From an uncultured Christiangramia sp. (GTDB taxonomy: Bacteria > Bacteroidota > Bacteroidia > Flavobacteriales > Flavobacteriaceae): DNA of 64,000 bases. This document shows, in pieces, positions 46,395-57,008 of the stretch; position 1 is the stretch's first letter; every line of letters begins with the position of its first letter. Under the pieces are notes generated by a model. That model was not told the DNA's origin. It was given only the letters and a program-made list of their open reading frames with translations, and ran no database searches. The stretch spans positions 2,965 to 66,964 of the forward strand of contig CAYWAB010000003.1 in the NCBI GenBank assembly GCA_964456105.1. The letters run 5' to 3'. The translations under genes and the position numbers were made by a program.

Positions 46395-48335
46395 TTAATT
46401 TTTTTCGATTCTGAAAAGATGGAATGGCATTCCTGGATTCAATTCTACATAAGCCCATTCTTCATTCCAGTTATAGGAGTTTCCTGTAATTAGGTCGTGC
46501 ACTGTGATGGACTGCCCATCATGTAGTCCAAGTTGGAACCGCGGGACTTGAACCGAACCTCGTTTAGTATTATGAGGATCCAGGCTAACTACCATCAAAG
46601 TTTCGTTGTTTCGCTCGGTATCATACTTGTAATAAGCCATTAGCCCGTCATCGTGGATATCGCAGAACTGAATATTATTGGTTTGCTGTAATGAGGACTC
46701 AGAGCGGCGTGCCTGATTTATCTTTGCTATAATTCGCATAAGCTTATTCTCTGCATTCCAGTCCCAGTGGCGTATTTGATATTTCTCTGAATTATGGTAT
46801 TCCTCTTTTCCTGGAACAGCGTCCGATTCCATGAATTCATAAACTGGACCATAGATTCCTGTATTAGAACTTAAAGTGGCTGCCAGGAAATATCTTATCA
46901 TGAACATAGATTCATTCGCGCCCTGAAGATGATATGGATTAATATCAGGTGTGTTAGGCCAGAAATTCGGCCGGAAATATTCTTTGAGATCGGTTTTAGT
47001 CAATTCATTCACATACTGGATCAACTCATGTTTTTGTGTTCTCCAGGTGAAGTAAGTATAAGATTGTGTGAATCCCTGCTTGGCGAGTTGTTCCATGATC
47101 TTTGGCCTGGTAAACGCCTCGGAAAGGAACAAAATATCCGGATGTTTCTTTTTGACCTCAGCAATAAGCCAACCCCAAAAGTAGAATGGTTTGGTATGAG
47201 GATTATCCACTCTGAAGATCTGGATTCCCACTTTTTCGATCCAGTAAAGGACAATATCCAGGAACTCTTTCCACATTTTTTTCCATTCTTCAGATTCGAA
47301 ATATATAGGAAGGATATCCTGATATTTTTTTGGAGGATTTTCTGCATACTGGATAGTTCCATCCGGTCTCCATTTGAACCAGTTTGGGTGTTCCTTGACG
47401 TAAGGGTGATCTGGAGCTGCCTGCAAGGCGAAATCCATGGCTACTTCTATACCCTGCTCTTTGGCTTTTTCTACAAGTAATTTAAAATCGGCAAGATTCC
47501 CCAACTCCGGATGAAGGTCTTTATGACCGCCCTTTTCAGAGCCTATGCCCCATGGGGAACCCACATCTCCCGGGGCTGCATGGGTGGCATTGTTCTTACC
47601 TTTTCTGTTTACCTCGCCGATGGGATGAACCGGAGGGAAGTATAAGGTGTCAAATCCCATTTCCGCAATCCTGGGAAGTATGCGTTCACAGTCCTTGAAA
47701 GTACCATGTTTTCCTTCTTCTAATGAAGAAGAACGAGGAAAAAATTCATACCATGTACTAAACCTGGCCTTTTTCCTGTCTACATAAATTGGAAATTTCT
47801 GTGTGGTATGCGGTGCCCCTTTATGGGGGTATTTATAAAGTATGTTTTTTAATTCTTCCTTGAGACAAATATTGATCGCAGTTTCGTATTCTTCCTCATC
47901 AGCGAAAGTCTCAATGGCTTTTTTAAGAAGCGGCGCTTCCGTCTTAGCGCACTTCTTTAGTATAGGTTTTATAAGTTCAGCTCCCTCAAGTAACTCCGAT
48001 TTTACATGTTGCCCGTCTTGAATCTTTTTGGTGATTCCATGGTGCCAGTTTAATCCATGATCTTCCCAGCCTTCAAGATAGAATTCAAAGTTCCCTTGCT
48101 TTTCCACAGAAAAGGATCCCTCCCACGAATCGTTGACGGTTGGGTATAGCCTCGTTTCTTGCCATGAGCGTGCTGAGGAATGTTTATAAAAGACGGCCGC
48201 CTGGATTATATCATGTCCGTCGCCAAAAATATCAGCCTTTATATTTACGATCTCATTCAGGACTCTTTTTACGGCATATTCACCACAGTTAATTACAGGT
48301 GATACATTTTCAATGACAATTCTGCTTTTATTCAC
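46395..48335 (-). CDS. glgE: Alpha-1,4-glucan:maltose-1-phosphate maltosyltransferase
   Basis: WYEFFPRS, AENPPKKYQDI, FRVDNPHTKP, SEAFTRP, NTPDI; GTG 48335 likely start. Confidence 0.95.
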   Translation of the reverse strand: MNKSRIVIENVSPVINCGEYAVKRVLNEIVNIKADIFGDGHDIIQAAVFYKHSSARSWQETRLYPTVNDSWEGSFSVEKQGNFEFYLEGWEDHGLNWHHGITKKIQDGQHVKSELLEGAELIKPILKKCAKTEAPLLKKAIETFADEEEYETAINICLKEELKNILYKYPHKGAPHTTQKFPIYVDRKKARFSTWYEFFPRSSSLEEGKHGTFKDCERILPRIAEMGFDTLYFPPVHPIGEVNRKGKNNATHAAPGDVGSPWGIGSEKGGHKDLHPELGNLADFKLLVEKAKEQGIEVAMDFALQAAPDHPYVKEHPNWFKWRPDGTIQYAENPPKKYQDILPIYFESEEWKKMWKEFLDIVLYWIEKVGIQIFRVDNPHTKPFYFWGWLIAEVKKKHPDILFLSEAFTRPKIMEQLAKQGFTQSYTYFTWRTQKHELIQYVNELTKTDLKEYFRPNFWPNTPDINPYHLQGANESMFMIRYFLAATLSSNTGIYGPVYEFMESDAVPGKEEYHNSEKYQIRHWDWNAENKLMRIIAKINQARRSESSLQQTNNIQFCDIHDDGLMAYYKYDTERNNETLMVVSLDPHNTKRGSVQVPRFQLGLHDGQSITVHDLITGNSYNWNEEWAYVELNPGMPFHLFRIEKN

Positions 48336-48490
48336 AAGGCTAAATTTTAATGGTTTGAATGCGTAATCTTTACGCGAAATCACATAAAGTTAATAAAGAG
48401 AATCTTAATGAGTAAAAGTTTTGCACAATGTTTAGAAAATAAACCTGCTTCCTATGGATCAAATAAATTTTTAAGGAAAGTTCCAGTTCT

Positions 48491-49243
48491 TTAAACCGTG
48501 GTAACCTTGATCCCCATTTTTTTAAGTTTCTTCAGGGTTTTGTTAGGGATGTCTTTATTGGTAATGATCTCATTCACCTGTTCCAGATCGCAAATTTTAC
48601 CAAGGCTTCTTTTCCCGAATTTCGTCGAATCTGCAAGAATCACCACCCGTTGAGCCGAATTAATCATGGCCTTGTTTAGAATTGCTTCGTCCAGACTAGT
48701 AGTGGTGCACCCGTGCTGAAAATCGATACCGTCTACCCCCAGGAAAAGCTGGTTGCAGGTAATATTCTTTAATAATTCCAGGGAATAGAAGCCAGTCACC
48801 GAAGCTGAGGAATGTCTTAATTGTCCTCCTAATTGAATGATTTCAACTTCGGGATACCTGGAAAGTTCCAATGCTACGTATAGGGAAGAGGTAATCACAC
48901 TCAATCTTTCTTTGGGCACTATCGATTTAGCTAAGTTTTGAACCGTAGTACCAGAGCCTATTATGATGGAATCATTTTCCAAAACCAATTTCGCCGCGGC
49001 TTCAGCAATTTTTGACTTTTCTTCCGCAAAGAGCTTTTCCTTTTCGTTCACCGGCTTTTCCACGATATATGGATTTTCCAGAGAGGCACCACCATGGGTT
49101 CGAAACAAAAGTCCTTTTTGTTCGAGTGCGCGCAGGTCCTTACGAATGGTTACTGCAGATACATCAAGGATTTCACAAAGGTCCTGTACTTCCACATGCT
49201 TTTCATTTTTAAGTTTTTCCAGGATCTGTTGATGGCGAATCAT
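48491..49243 (-). CDS. DeoR/GlpR family repressor
   Basis: VSAVTIRKDL, RTHGGA, ADSTKF; divergent from glpD. Confidence 0.95.
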   Translation of the reverse strand: MIRHQQILEKLKNEKHVEVQDLCEILDVSAVTIRKDLRALEQKGLLFRTHGGASLENPYIVEKPVNEKEKLFAEEKSKIAEAAAKLVLENDSIIIGSGTTVQNLAKSIVPKERLSVITSSLYVALELSRYPEVEIIQLGGQLRHSSASVTGFYSLELLKNITCNQLFLGVDGIDFQHGCTTTSLDEAILNKAMINSAQRVVILADSTKFGKRSLGKICDLEQVNEIITNKDIPNKTLKKLKKMGIKVTTV

Positions 49244-49280
49244 ATTATTTTATTTAAGGATAAAGATACAATTTTTGTTA

Positions 49281-49342
49281 TAAAACGAAATAAAAAGAAA
49301 TTAAACGAATCATAAAAATCTGGAAAACGAAAATAAATGAAA
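49281..49342. promoter_or_regulatory. DeoR/AgaR-type 10-nt direct-repeat operator
   Basis: TAAAACGAAA-TAAAAAGAAA-TTAAACGAAT, then GAAAACGAAA-ATAAATGAAA. Confidence 0.6.
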
Positions 49343-49386
49343 ATAATTATGTAATTTAGGATATCGAATAATTAAAAGTTTAAAAA

Positions 49387-50964
49387 GTGAAGCATTCAGT
49401 ATTCTCAAGAAAACGGCTAATAGGTGAAGCTGAAAAAACTAAGAAGTGGGATGTGATCATCATTGGGGGAGGAGCAACCGGGCTTGGAATAGCATTGGAC
49501 AGTGTGACCAGGGGATACAAGACCTTGTTGCTTGAACAGGTCGACTTCGCAAAGGGCACCTCAAGTAGGAGTACAAAATTGGTTCATGGCGGGATCAGGT
49601 ATCTTGCCCAGGGAAATATTGAATTAGTTCGGGAAGCTCTGAATGAAAGAGGTTTGTTGGCCCAGAATGCACCTCACCTGGTAAAAAAACAGAAATTCAT
49701 TATTCCCAATTATCTCTGGTGGGAAGGATTATATTACAATTTTGGTTTAAAGACTTACGATTTTCTGGCTGGGAAGCTAAGTATGGGGAAATCTGAAAGA
49801 ATCAGCAATGAAGAGGTCGTAAGCAGGTTGCCTTCTTTGATCCAGGAAGATCTTAGAGGTGGTGTGATCTACCTTGATGGACAGTTCGACGATTCCCGCC
49901 TCGCGGTTAATATCGCTCAAACCTGTGTGGAAAATGGGGGGGTTACTCTAAATCATTTTAAGGTTCATAATATTTCCGCGGAGAATAGTGAAAACGTAAA
50001 TACAGTAGATGCTACTAATACTGAAACGGGCCAGGTCTACAAATTCCAAGGTAAACTAGTGGTCAATGCAACCGGTGTTTTTGTTGATTATATTCGAAAA
50101 ATGGCCAATCCAGATGCACGACCTATGATTAGAGCTAGTCAGGGAGTACATCTGGTTTTCGATAAAAAGTTTTTCCCGGGTAAAGATGCTCTTATGATCC
50201 CCAAAACCGATGATGGGAGGGTACTCTTTGCCGTTCCATGGAACAGGAAGGTTTTGGTGGGAACAACAGATACGCTTCTCGAAAAACCGGAACTGGAACC
50301 CAAGGCTTTGGAAAAGGAGATCGATTTTATAATGAATACCTTCAATAGATATATAAAAAAGAAAGTGACCAGGAAGGATGTGAAAAGTGTTTTTGCTGGA
50401 TTACGTCCCCTGGCTGCCAGTGGTGACGAGGGGAAAAGTACAAAGGAGATATCCAGGGGGCATAAGATCGAATTTTCAAGTTCCGGCCTTTTAACTATCA
50501 CCGGAGGGAAATGGACCACTTACCGAAAGATGGCCGAGGATACCATAGATTATGCGATTGAACATAACAGGCTGCCTCCTCGTAAATGTATTACTGAAAA
50601 TTTCCTTATTCACGGTTCAAAATCTCATAAGAACAGAAAGAATCATCTTCATATTTATGGAAGTGATAAATCTTTAATTCAGGATCTTATAGCAGAAAGG
50701 CCGGAACTGGGTAATCGGCTTCATGAGGATCTTCCTTATCTTAAGGCCGAAGTTGTATGGGCAGTGAAGTATGAAATGGCCCGAACCCTCGAGGATGTTC
50801 TCGCCCGACGGGTGAGGATCCTTTTCCTGGATTCCGCTGCGGCCTTTGAAATAGCTCCGGAAGTTGCCAGATTGATGGCTGCTGAGCTTGGTGAGGATGA
50901 AAACTGGATAAAGCAGCAGGTAAACGATTTCCGAAGTTTAATTGAAAATCATTATAAACTATAA
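49387..50964 (+). CDS. glpD: Glycerol-3-phosphate dehydrogenase (FAD)
   Basis: IIGGGATG, GTSSRSTKLVHGGIRYL, GGKWTTYR. Confidence 0.95.
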   Translation: MKHSVFSRKRLIGEAEKTKKWDVIIIGGGATGLGIALDSVTRGYKTLLLEQVDFAKGTSSRSTKLVHGGIRYLAQGNIELVREALNERGLLAQNAPHLVKKQKFIIPNYLWWEGLYYNFGLKTYDFLAGKLSMGKSERISNEEVVSRLPSLIQEDLRGGVIYLDGQFDDSRLAVNIAQTCVENGGVTLNHFKVHNISAENSENVNTVDATNTETGQVYKFQGKLVVNATGVFVDYIRKMANPDARPMIRASQGVHLVFDKKFFPGKDALMIPKTDDGRVLFAVPWNRKVLVGTTDTLLEKPELEPKALEKEIDFIMNTFNRYIKKKVTRKDVKSVFAGLRPLAASGDEGKSTKEISRGHKIEFSSSGLLTITGGKWTTYRKMAEDTIDYAIEHNRLPPRKCITENFLIHGSKSHKNRKNHLHIYGSDKSLIQDLIAERPELGNRLHEDLPYLKAEVVWAVKYEMARTLEDVLARRVRILFLDSAAAFEIAPEVARLMAAELGEDENWIKQQVNDFRSLIENHYKL

Positions 50965-50991
50965 TCCACCGAAATCAATAAAAAAGTACCG

Positions 50992-52485
50992 ATGGAAAAA
51001 TATATTCTCGCGCTAGATCAGGGAACTACAAGTTCCCGAGCCATTTTGTTCGATAAGAAAGGGAAAATCGTTTCTATAGCACAAAAAGAGTTTAAACAGA
51101 TTTTTCCAAAACCTGGATGGGTAGAGCATGACCCTATGGAGATCTGGTCTTCCCAGGCAGGGGTCGCTGCAGAGGCAGTTACTCAAAAGGGTTTCGAAGG
51201 AGATGATGTAGCGGCTATCGGAATTACTAATCAGCGCGAGACCTGCGTGGTATGGAATAAAAAAACTGGGAAGCCTGTTTATAATGCCATTGTATGGCAG
51301 GATAAAAGAACACTTGATTATTGTGAAAAGCTTAAGAAAGAAGGGAAGGATAAGTTGATCCAAAAAAAGACAGGTCTTATTGTGGATTCTTATTTTTCGG
51401 CAACCAAAGTGAAGTGGATACTGGATAATGTCGACGGTGCAAGGGAAATGGCGAAAGCTGGTGAATTAGCAATGGGAACGATAGATTCCTGGCTCATTTA
51501 TAATTTTAGTAAGAAAAAGCTTCATATCACAGATGTCACTAATGCCTCGAGGACAATGCTCTTTAATATCGAGACGCTGGCATGGGATAAAGAATTATTG
51601 GAGATCTTTGATATACCGGCTTCGATGCTTCCCAAAGTTTGTGATAGTAGTGAAATTTACGGACATATCGAAACCAGCTTGTTTGCCACAAGGATCCCTA
51701 TAGCGGGGATTGCCGGGGACCAGATGGCGGCCCTGTTCGGTCAGCTTTGTATTAAAAAAGGAATGGTAAAAAACACTTATGGTACGGGGTGTTTTATGCT
51801 AATGAATATCGGAAAGAAACCGATTTTATCTCAAAATAACCTACTTACTTCCATTGCTTGGAAGATTGGTAATGAAGTGGTGTATGCGCTGGAGGGAAGT
51901 ATCTTTATTGGCGGAGCTGTGGTACAATGGCTAAGAGATGGCCTGGGAATCATAAAAAAGTCTACCGATGTCGAAAAATTAGCAGGAAGCATAGAATCCT
52001 CGGAAGGGGTGTATTTTGTACCTTCTTTTGCCGGGCTGGGAGCTCCTCACTGGAACCAAAAGGCTAAAGGAACTATTTTCGGTTTAACCCGGGGTTCCAC
52101 CGATGCTCATATTGCAAGGGCTTCACTTGAGGCCATTGCCTACCAGTCTATGGATATCATGAAGGCCATGGAGGCCGATTCAGGTATAAAGATCGAAGAA
52201 TTAAGAGTTGATGGGGGAGCCACTGTAAATGACCTTTTGATGCAGTTCCAGTCTGATGTTCTGGATACAACTACCGTCAGGCCAAAGATTACCGAGACTA
52301 CAGCTCTTGGTGCGGCATATCTTGCAGGACTGGCCGTAGGTTTTTGGAAAAGTGTGGATGACCTGGAAGAGATATGGATCCAGGATAAAAAATTTGAACC
52401 TTCCAGAGAGAGAACGACAATTGAAAATGGAATAAAGGGTTGGTATAAAGCAGTGCAGGCTGTAGAAAAGTGGACTGAACTTTAA
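50992..52485 (+). CDS. glpK: Glycerol kinase
   Basis: [28 protein letters not shown]. Confidence 0.97.
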   Translation: MEKYILALDQGTTSSRAILFDKKGKIVSIAQKEFKQIFPKPGWVEHDPMEIWSSQAGVAAEAVTQKGFEGDDVAAIGITNQRETCVVWNKKTGKPVYNAIVWQDKRTLDYCEKLKKEGKDKLIQKKTGLIVDSYFSATKVKWILDNVDGAREMAKAGELAMGTIDSWLIYNFSKKKLHITDVTNASRTMLFNIETLAWDKELLEIFDIPASMLPKVCDSSEIYGHIETSLFATRIPIAGIAGDQMAALFGQLCIKKGMVKNTYGTGCFMLMNIGKKPILSQNNLLTSIAWKIGNEVVYALEGSIFIGGAVVQWLRDGLGIIKKSTDVEKLAGSIESSEGVYFVPSFAGLGAPHWNQKAKGTIFGLTRGSTDAHIARASLEAIAYQSMDIMKAMEADSGIKIEELRVDGGATVNDLLMQFQSDVLDTTTVRPKITETTALGAAYLAGLAVGFWKSVDDLEEIWIQDKKFEPSRERTTIENGIKGWYKAVQAVEKWTEL

Positions 52486-52495
52486 TATTTCTGAT

Positions 52496-53230
52496 ATGAC
52501 ACCATTTATTGCAGAGATTCTCGGAACCGGATTATTGATGCTCCTTGGAAACGGGAACGTAGCAAACGATATTTTAAAGGGTACCAAAGGTCACGGCGGT
52601 GGTTGGGTAAGTATTACTACTGCATGGGGGCTGGCGGTGTTTGCGGGAGTTGTGGTAGCGGGACCTTATAGCGGGGCTCATCTTAATCCCGCTGTCACTC
52701 TTGGCCTGGCATTTGGAGGTATATTCCCCTGGGAGCAGGTACCAACTTATATTCTTGCCGAATTTTTAGGTGCCATGATGGGTACCACCCTGGTTTATTT
52801 CATGTACAAGGACCATTTTGACAGAACACCGGATGCAGAGACTAAAAGGGCTGTTTTTTGTACAGCTCCGGCCATCCCGAATACCTGGCAAAACATCCTG
52901 AGTGAAATCTTGGGAACCTTTGTTCTGCTTATTGCAGTATTCTATTTTACGGATGCCGAAATAAATGATGGAAGCCAGACCAAGGTTGGCCTTGGTTCTA
53001 TTGGTGCGATCCCTGTCGCATTCATAGTTTGGGGGATTGGTCTGAGTCTTGGGGGAACCACGGGATATGCCATTAATCCTGCAAGAGATCTGGGCCCGCG
53101 TATCATGCATGCCATACTGCCTATAAAAAATAAGACGCATAGTAACTGGTCTTATGCCTGGATTCCCGTTATAGGTCCTATTATTGGGGCTGGAATAGCA
53201 GCCTCTATATTTCTGATTCTTAACAGTTAA
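52496..53230 (+). CDS. glpF: Glycerol uptake facilitator (MIP)
   Basis: SGAHLNPAVT and GYAINPARD. Confidence 0.95.
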   Translation: MTPFIAEILGTGLLMLLGNGNVANDILKGTKGHGGGWVSITTAWGLAVFAGVVVAGPYSGAHLNPAVTLGLAFGGIFPWEQVPTYILAEFLGAMMGTTLVYFMYKDHFDRTPDAETKRAVFCTAPAIPNTWQNILSEILGTFVLLIAVFYFTDAEINDGSQTKVGLGSIGAIPVAFIVWGIGLSLGGTTGYAINPARDLGPRIMHAILPIKNKTHSNWSYAWIPVIGPIIGAGIAASIFLILNS

Positions 53231-53314
53231 AATCTTTTTTTTTAAATTTAAGGAAGAGGTGATCTGTTTAATTTCAGGTCCCAGCAATTATTTAACTAAC
53301 CAAAAAATAAAAAA

Positions 53315-54289
53315 ATGAAAACCTTATTCAATTGCAAATTAATGTTCATATTAACTTGTATTCTGGTTATTTCATCCTGTAAGAACAATCAGAAAAAGGA
53401 CCAAGGATCTGAAGAAGTGAAACCAGAGGTTTCCCAGGATTCTAGTGATACTCCTGAATCTGGTGTGATTGAAATAGTAACCAATGCCATGGAATTTAAA
53501 ACCCAGGATGAGTTTCCTTCTGGCTGGAACACTTTCAGGTATAAGAACAAATCCAACGAAACCCACCTTATACTTTTTGATAAATATCCTGAGGGTAAAA
53601 CCATAGAAGATACAAGAAAAGATATCATTCCTCCCTTCCAGGAAGGAATGGATTTTATAAAAGAAGGTAAGTTGGAAGAGGCAGGAGTAGCTTTTGGAAA
53701 ATTACCCGAATGGTTCCAGGATATTGAGTTTGTAGGCGGGGTTGGATTAATTTCTCCGAATACCACAGCAGAATCCACATTATATCTAGAACCCGGTACC
53801 TATATCATAGAATGTTACGTTAAAATGCCAAATGGCGTTTTCCATACCACTATGGGCATGGCAAAACAGATCGAAGTGGTAGAAGAAGATAGCGGTATAT
53901 CTGCTCCAGATCCGGATCATACTATCAGTATTTCAGCTGAAGATGGAATTACTTTCAATGATCAGGTTTCAGCCGGAGAAAAAACCTTTGCGGTAAATTT
54001 TGGTGAACAAAAGATACACGAAAACTACCTGATGCATGATGTTAATCTTGTTTGGGTAGAAGAAGGAGCTGATATGACCATGTTAACAGATTGGGTGAAC
54101 TGGGCTGCACCGGAAGGTCTGCAAACACCGGCTCCTGGAGGCTTCAAGTTCCTGGGAGGAATGCAGGAGATGAATCCAGGCAAAACAGGATATTTTACGG
54201 CAGATCTTAAACCGGGAAATTATGTTTTGATATCAGAGGTTCCTGATGCTAGAACAAAAGGCCTGTTTAAATCTTTTACGGTCAATTAA
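53315..54289 (+). CDS. Lipoprotein with two cupredoxin-like repeats
   Basis: Lipobox ISSC. Repeat 1: ETHL...LEPGTYIIECYVKMPNGVFHTTMGM. Repeat 2: MHDV...LKPGNYVLISEVPD. Confidence 0.7.
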   Translation: MKTLFNCKLMFILTCILVISSCKNNQKKDQGSEEVKPEVSQDSSDTPESGVIEIVTNAMEFKTQDEFPSGWNTFRYKNKSNETHLILFDKYPEGKTIEDTRKDIIPPFQEGMDFIKEGKLEEAGVAFGKLPEWFQDIEFVGGVGLISPNTTAESTLYLEPGTYIIECYVKMPNGVFHTTMGMAKQIEVVEEDSGISAPDPDHTISISAEDGITFNDQVSAGEKTFAVNFGEQKIHENYLMHDVNLVWVEEGADMTMLTDWVNWAAPEGLQTPAPGGFKFLGGMQEMNPGKTGYFTADLKPGNYVLISEVPDARTKGLFKSFTVN

Positions 54290-54296
54290 AAACAAA

Positions 54297-54322
54297 AAAA
54301 AACCGGCAGATGCCGGTTTTTT
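54297..54322. terminator. Bidirectional terminator
   Basis: AAAAAACCGGCA-GA-TGCCGGTTTTTT. Confidence 0.88.
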
Positions 54323-54958
54323 CTATGTTGCTTTTGCAATACTATCCAGTTTTTGCGGTGGAATGGGTGCAGGCACATTATTTTCTACTGGATCAGTGCT
54401 TTGCAGGTATTTGAAAATCGACTCAAGGTCTTCGTCATTGAGTTTAGCAAAGTTCTGCCAAGGCATGGGCGGAAGTATCATTCTGCCGTTATTTTGTCCT
54501 TTTAATTTTCCTTCCCTCATTGCTGTTTTCCATTGTTTCATGGTCCAGTTACCAATTCCTGTATCATCTGAAGTAAGGTTGGCAGCGAAAGAGATACCCC
54601 AAGGCCCGACAGCCGCGGTTAGGTCGCCACTCATCAACATCCATCCACTTTGGAGCATTTCCTGAGTGATAGGTGGAAGGCTGTCACTAGCCGGATGTCC
54701 TGATAAAGCCAGTTCAGGAATTTCCTCAGGTCCCATTTGTCCCATCCTTTTTGGAGAATGACAATCATGACATCCTATGGACTTTACGAGATATTCACCC
54801 CTTTTAATACTATCATTTAAGGTCATTGCAATTTCTTCGGGAACTGCATCGTAATCTTTATCATTACAAGAAATTAAGAGCATTGCGACCGGAAGAAACA
54901 GCATAGGAAGCAGAAGTTTTGGTACTACTTCCTGAAAGAAGTTTAGTTTGATTTTCAT
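54323..54958 (-). CDS. c-type cytochrome lipoprotein
   Basis: LISC, RGEYLV..IGCHDCHSP, AANLTSD.TGIG.W, PPMPW. Confidence 0.9.
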   Translation of the reverse strand: MKIKLNFFQEVVPKLLLPMLFLPVAMLLISCNDKDYDAVPEEIAMTLNDSIKRGEYLVKSIGCHDCHSPKRMGQMGPEEIPELALSGHPASDSLPPITQEMLQSGWMLMSGDLTAAVGPWGISFAANLTSDDTGIGNWTMKQWKTAMREGKLKGQNNGRMILPPMPWQNFAKLNDEDLESIFKYLQSTDPVENNVPAPIPPQKLDSIAKAT

Positions 54959-55108
54959 AATAAAATAAATTGGTTGGTTGTAGTGCTAAATTATTATAAG
55001 TTTTTGAAAATCAGAGTCTTTATCGATGAAATTCCGAAAAATTACCATGATATGTATAGGGGATGAAAAGCCTGATTCATTTTGTTCTCTAATCACTACT
55101 TTTGAAGT

Positions 55109-55573
55109 ATGGAAATTGACAATCTGCAACAAGGCTTTTTCGGAATTGGGATCCAAAATGGTAAAACCCCTGAAAACCTCGGAGTTTTATGGCGATCTGC
55201 CCAAAACATGGGCGCCAGTTATATTTTTACTATCGGGAACCGCTATGCAAAACAAGCCTGTGATACCCATAAGGCCGTAGGTGCGATGCCTTATTTTCAT
55301 TATGAGACCTTTGAGAAATTTTACAACGGTCTGCCCAAAGGAGCAATGATGGTTGGTGTTGAGCTTACTAAGGATGCTGAACCTTTGGAGACCTTTAAAC
55401 ACCCCAGAAGATGCGTATATCTTTTAGGTGCGGAAGATCATGGCCTTTCCAACGAAGCTATCGAAAAGGCACACCATCTTGTAAAGTTCAGATCACGTTT
55501 AAGTTTGAATGTTTCGGTAGCGGGAAGTATAGTGATGTACGATCGCGGGATGAAATCTGAATTCTCTACCTAG
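55109..55573 (+). CDS. SpoU/TrmH family RNA methyltransferase
   Basis: PENLGVLWRSA, LGAEDHGL, SLNVSVAG. Confidence 0.92.
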   Translation: MEIDNLQQGFFGIGIQNGKTPENLGVLWRSAQNMGASYIFTIGNRYAKQACDTHKAVGAMPYFHYETFEKFYNGLPKGAMMVGVELTKDAEPLETFKHPRRCVYLLGAEDHGLSNEAIEKAHHLVKFRSRLSLNVSVAGSIVMYDRGMKSEFST

Positions 55574-57008
55574 CCGTACTTCTCTCCCTGAACATATTAT
55601 TCTCCTTGATCATTTTTGCTGTTTTTTCAGGAACCATGGTTTCCCACTTTGGGTTGCCTTCCTTGATCAGCTCATAGACTTTCCTAGGACTTATATTTAA
55701 TGTTTCAGGATCGAAATCCTCGATGTCCACTACCCTGTGGTTGTCCAGGAAAAACTGGTAGAGTTCTTTTATTCTCGGATGGACCTCCAGATTTTTACTG
55801 TTTATTATTTCTCCGGTTTCCTGATCTTTTAAAGGATATAAATAAACTTTCAGACTTTTAAAGAATAATTTTCCGAAAGCTTCAAGAATTCCTCCACTAA
55901 GGTGCCTGTAATATTTTTCGTTGAAAATATCTATCAGGTTATCCACTCCCATGGCAAGGCCCAGTTCTTCCTTTGTATGTAAAGCAAAATACTCCACCAC
56001 CTTATAATATTCCTGGAAGTTGGAGATCATTACATTCTGCCCGAGAGAACAGAGAAGATCTGCCCTGTCCAGGAAGTCTTTTTCCCGTATCTCCCCGTCA
56101 GATTTCAGGTTGGATAAAGTCATTTCGAAAATAACGATCGTTTTCTCCTTTTTTACATTCTTTTCCTTAAGGAATAAGTCAAGGGAATTTTCATACATAT
56201 TCATATGAAGGTTCGTTACCGGCCGGAAGCTACCTCGTAGCGCCAGGATGTTCTTCTTGTACAGGACGTTAGCGGGAAGGACATTGTTTCCATCCGGTGA
56301 GAACATTACAGCTTCGGTTATTCCCTCCTTAACGAGTTCCAGGCTCATTAATCGATTATCCACCCCCTCAAAAACAGGACCGGTGAAGTTGATCGAGTCG
56401 ATCTCAATTTTATCGGTGTCCAGGTGGTCATAAAGGCGTTTCAGTAGAAATTTTGGATCGTCACTTTGATAAAAGGCTGCGTATATCAAATTTGCTCCCA
56501 TTATCCCGAGACTTAATTGCTGATGTGCAGCCGTATTTTCATGGAATTGTACATGGAGAATGATTTCACTGTATTCCTGTTTTGATTTTCTCTGAAATTT
56601 GATGCCCAGCCATCCATGTCCCTTATATTTCTTAGCCCAGTCGATGGTAGCGACCGTATTTGCATAGCTGAAGAATAGTTTGTCGGGATGTTTCGTTCTT
56701 GAGATCCTTTGTTCGATCAAACCTGTTTCATAATCGAGCATGCTTTTAAGCCTGGCCTCGGTTACATACCTGTTTTGTGGTTCCAATCCGTAGATGGCAT
56801 CGCTAAAATCCTTGTCGTATGCGCTAAGTGTCTTAGCGATCGTGCCTTTCGGGTTTTTAGCCCTGAAAAAATGGCGTACGGTTTCCTGCCCTGCACCAAT
56901 TTCAGCAAAGGTTCCGTAGATATTTTCATTAAGATTTAGACGGGTGCATTTGTTTTCAATGGAAATAATACTTTCGAATTCCTCATCTCCTTTTAAGTGC
57001 ACGGCCAT
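55566..57008 (-). CDS. Conserved Bacteroidota protein with a C-terminal nucleotidyltransferase-like region
   Basis: YGTFAEIGAGQE and RGSFRPVTNLH (resembles the NadD GSF.P.T..H motif); function not certain. Confidence 0.7.
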   Translation of the reverse strand: MAVHLKGDEEFESIISIENKCTRLNLNENIYGTFAEIGAGQETVRHFFRAKNPKGTIAKTLSAYDKDFSDAIYGLEPQNRYVTEARLKSMLDYETGLIEQRISRTKHPDKLFFSYANTVATIDWAKKYKGHGWLGIKFQRKSKQEYSEIILHVQFHENTAAHQQLSLGIMGANLIYAAFYQSDDPKFLLKRLYDHLDTDKIEIDSINFTGPVFEGVDNRLMSLELVKEGITEAVMFSPDGNNVLPANVLYKKNILALRGSFRPVTNLHMNMYENSLDLFLKEKNVKKEKTIVIFEMTLSNLKSDGEIREKDFLDRADLLCSLGQNVMISNFQEYYKVVEYFALHTKEELGLAMGVDNLIDIFNEKYYRHLSGGILEAFGKLFFKSLKVYLYPLKDQETGEIINSKNLEVHPRIKELYQFFLDNHRVVDIEDFDPETLNISPRKVYELIKEGNPKWETMVPEKTAKMIKENNMFRERSTAR

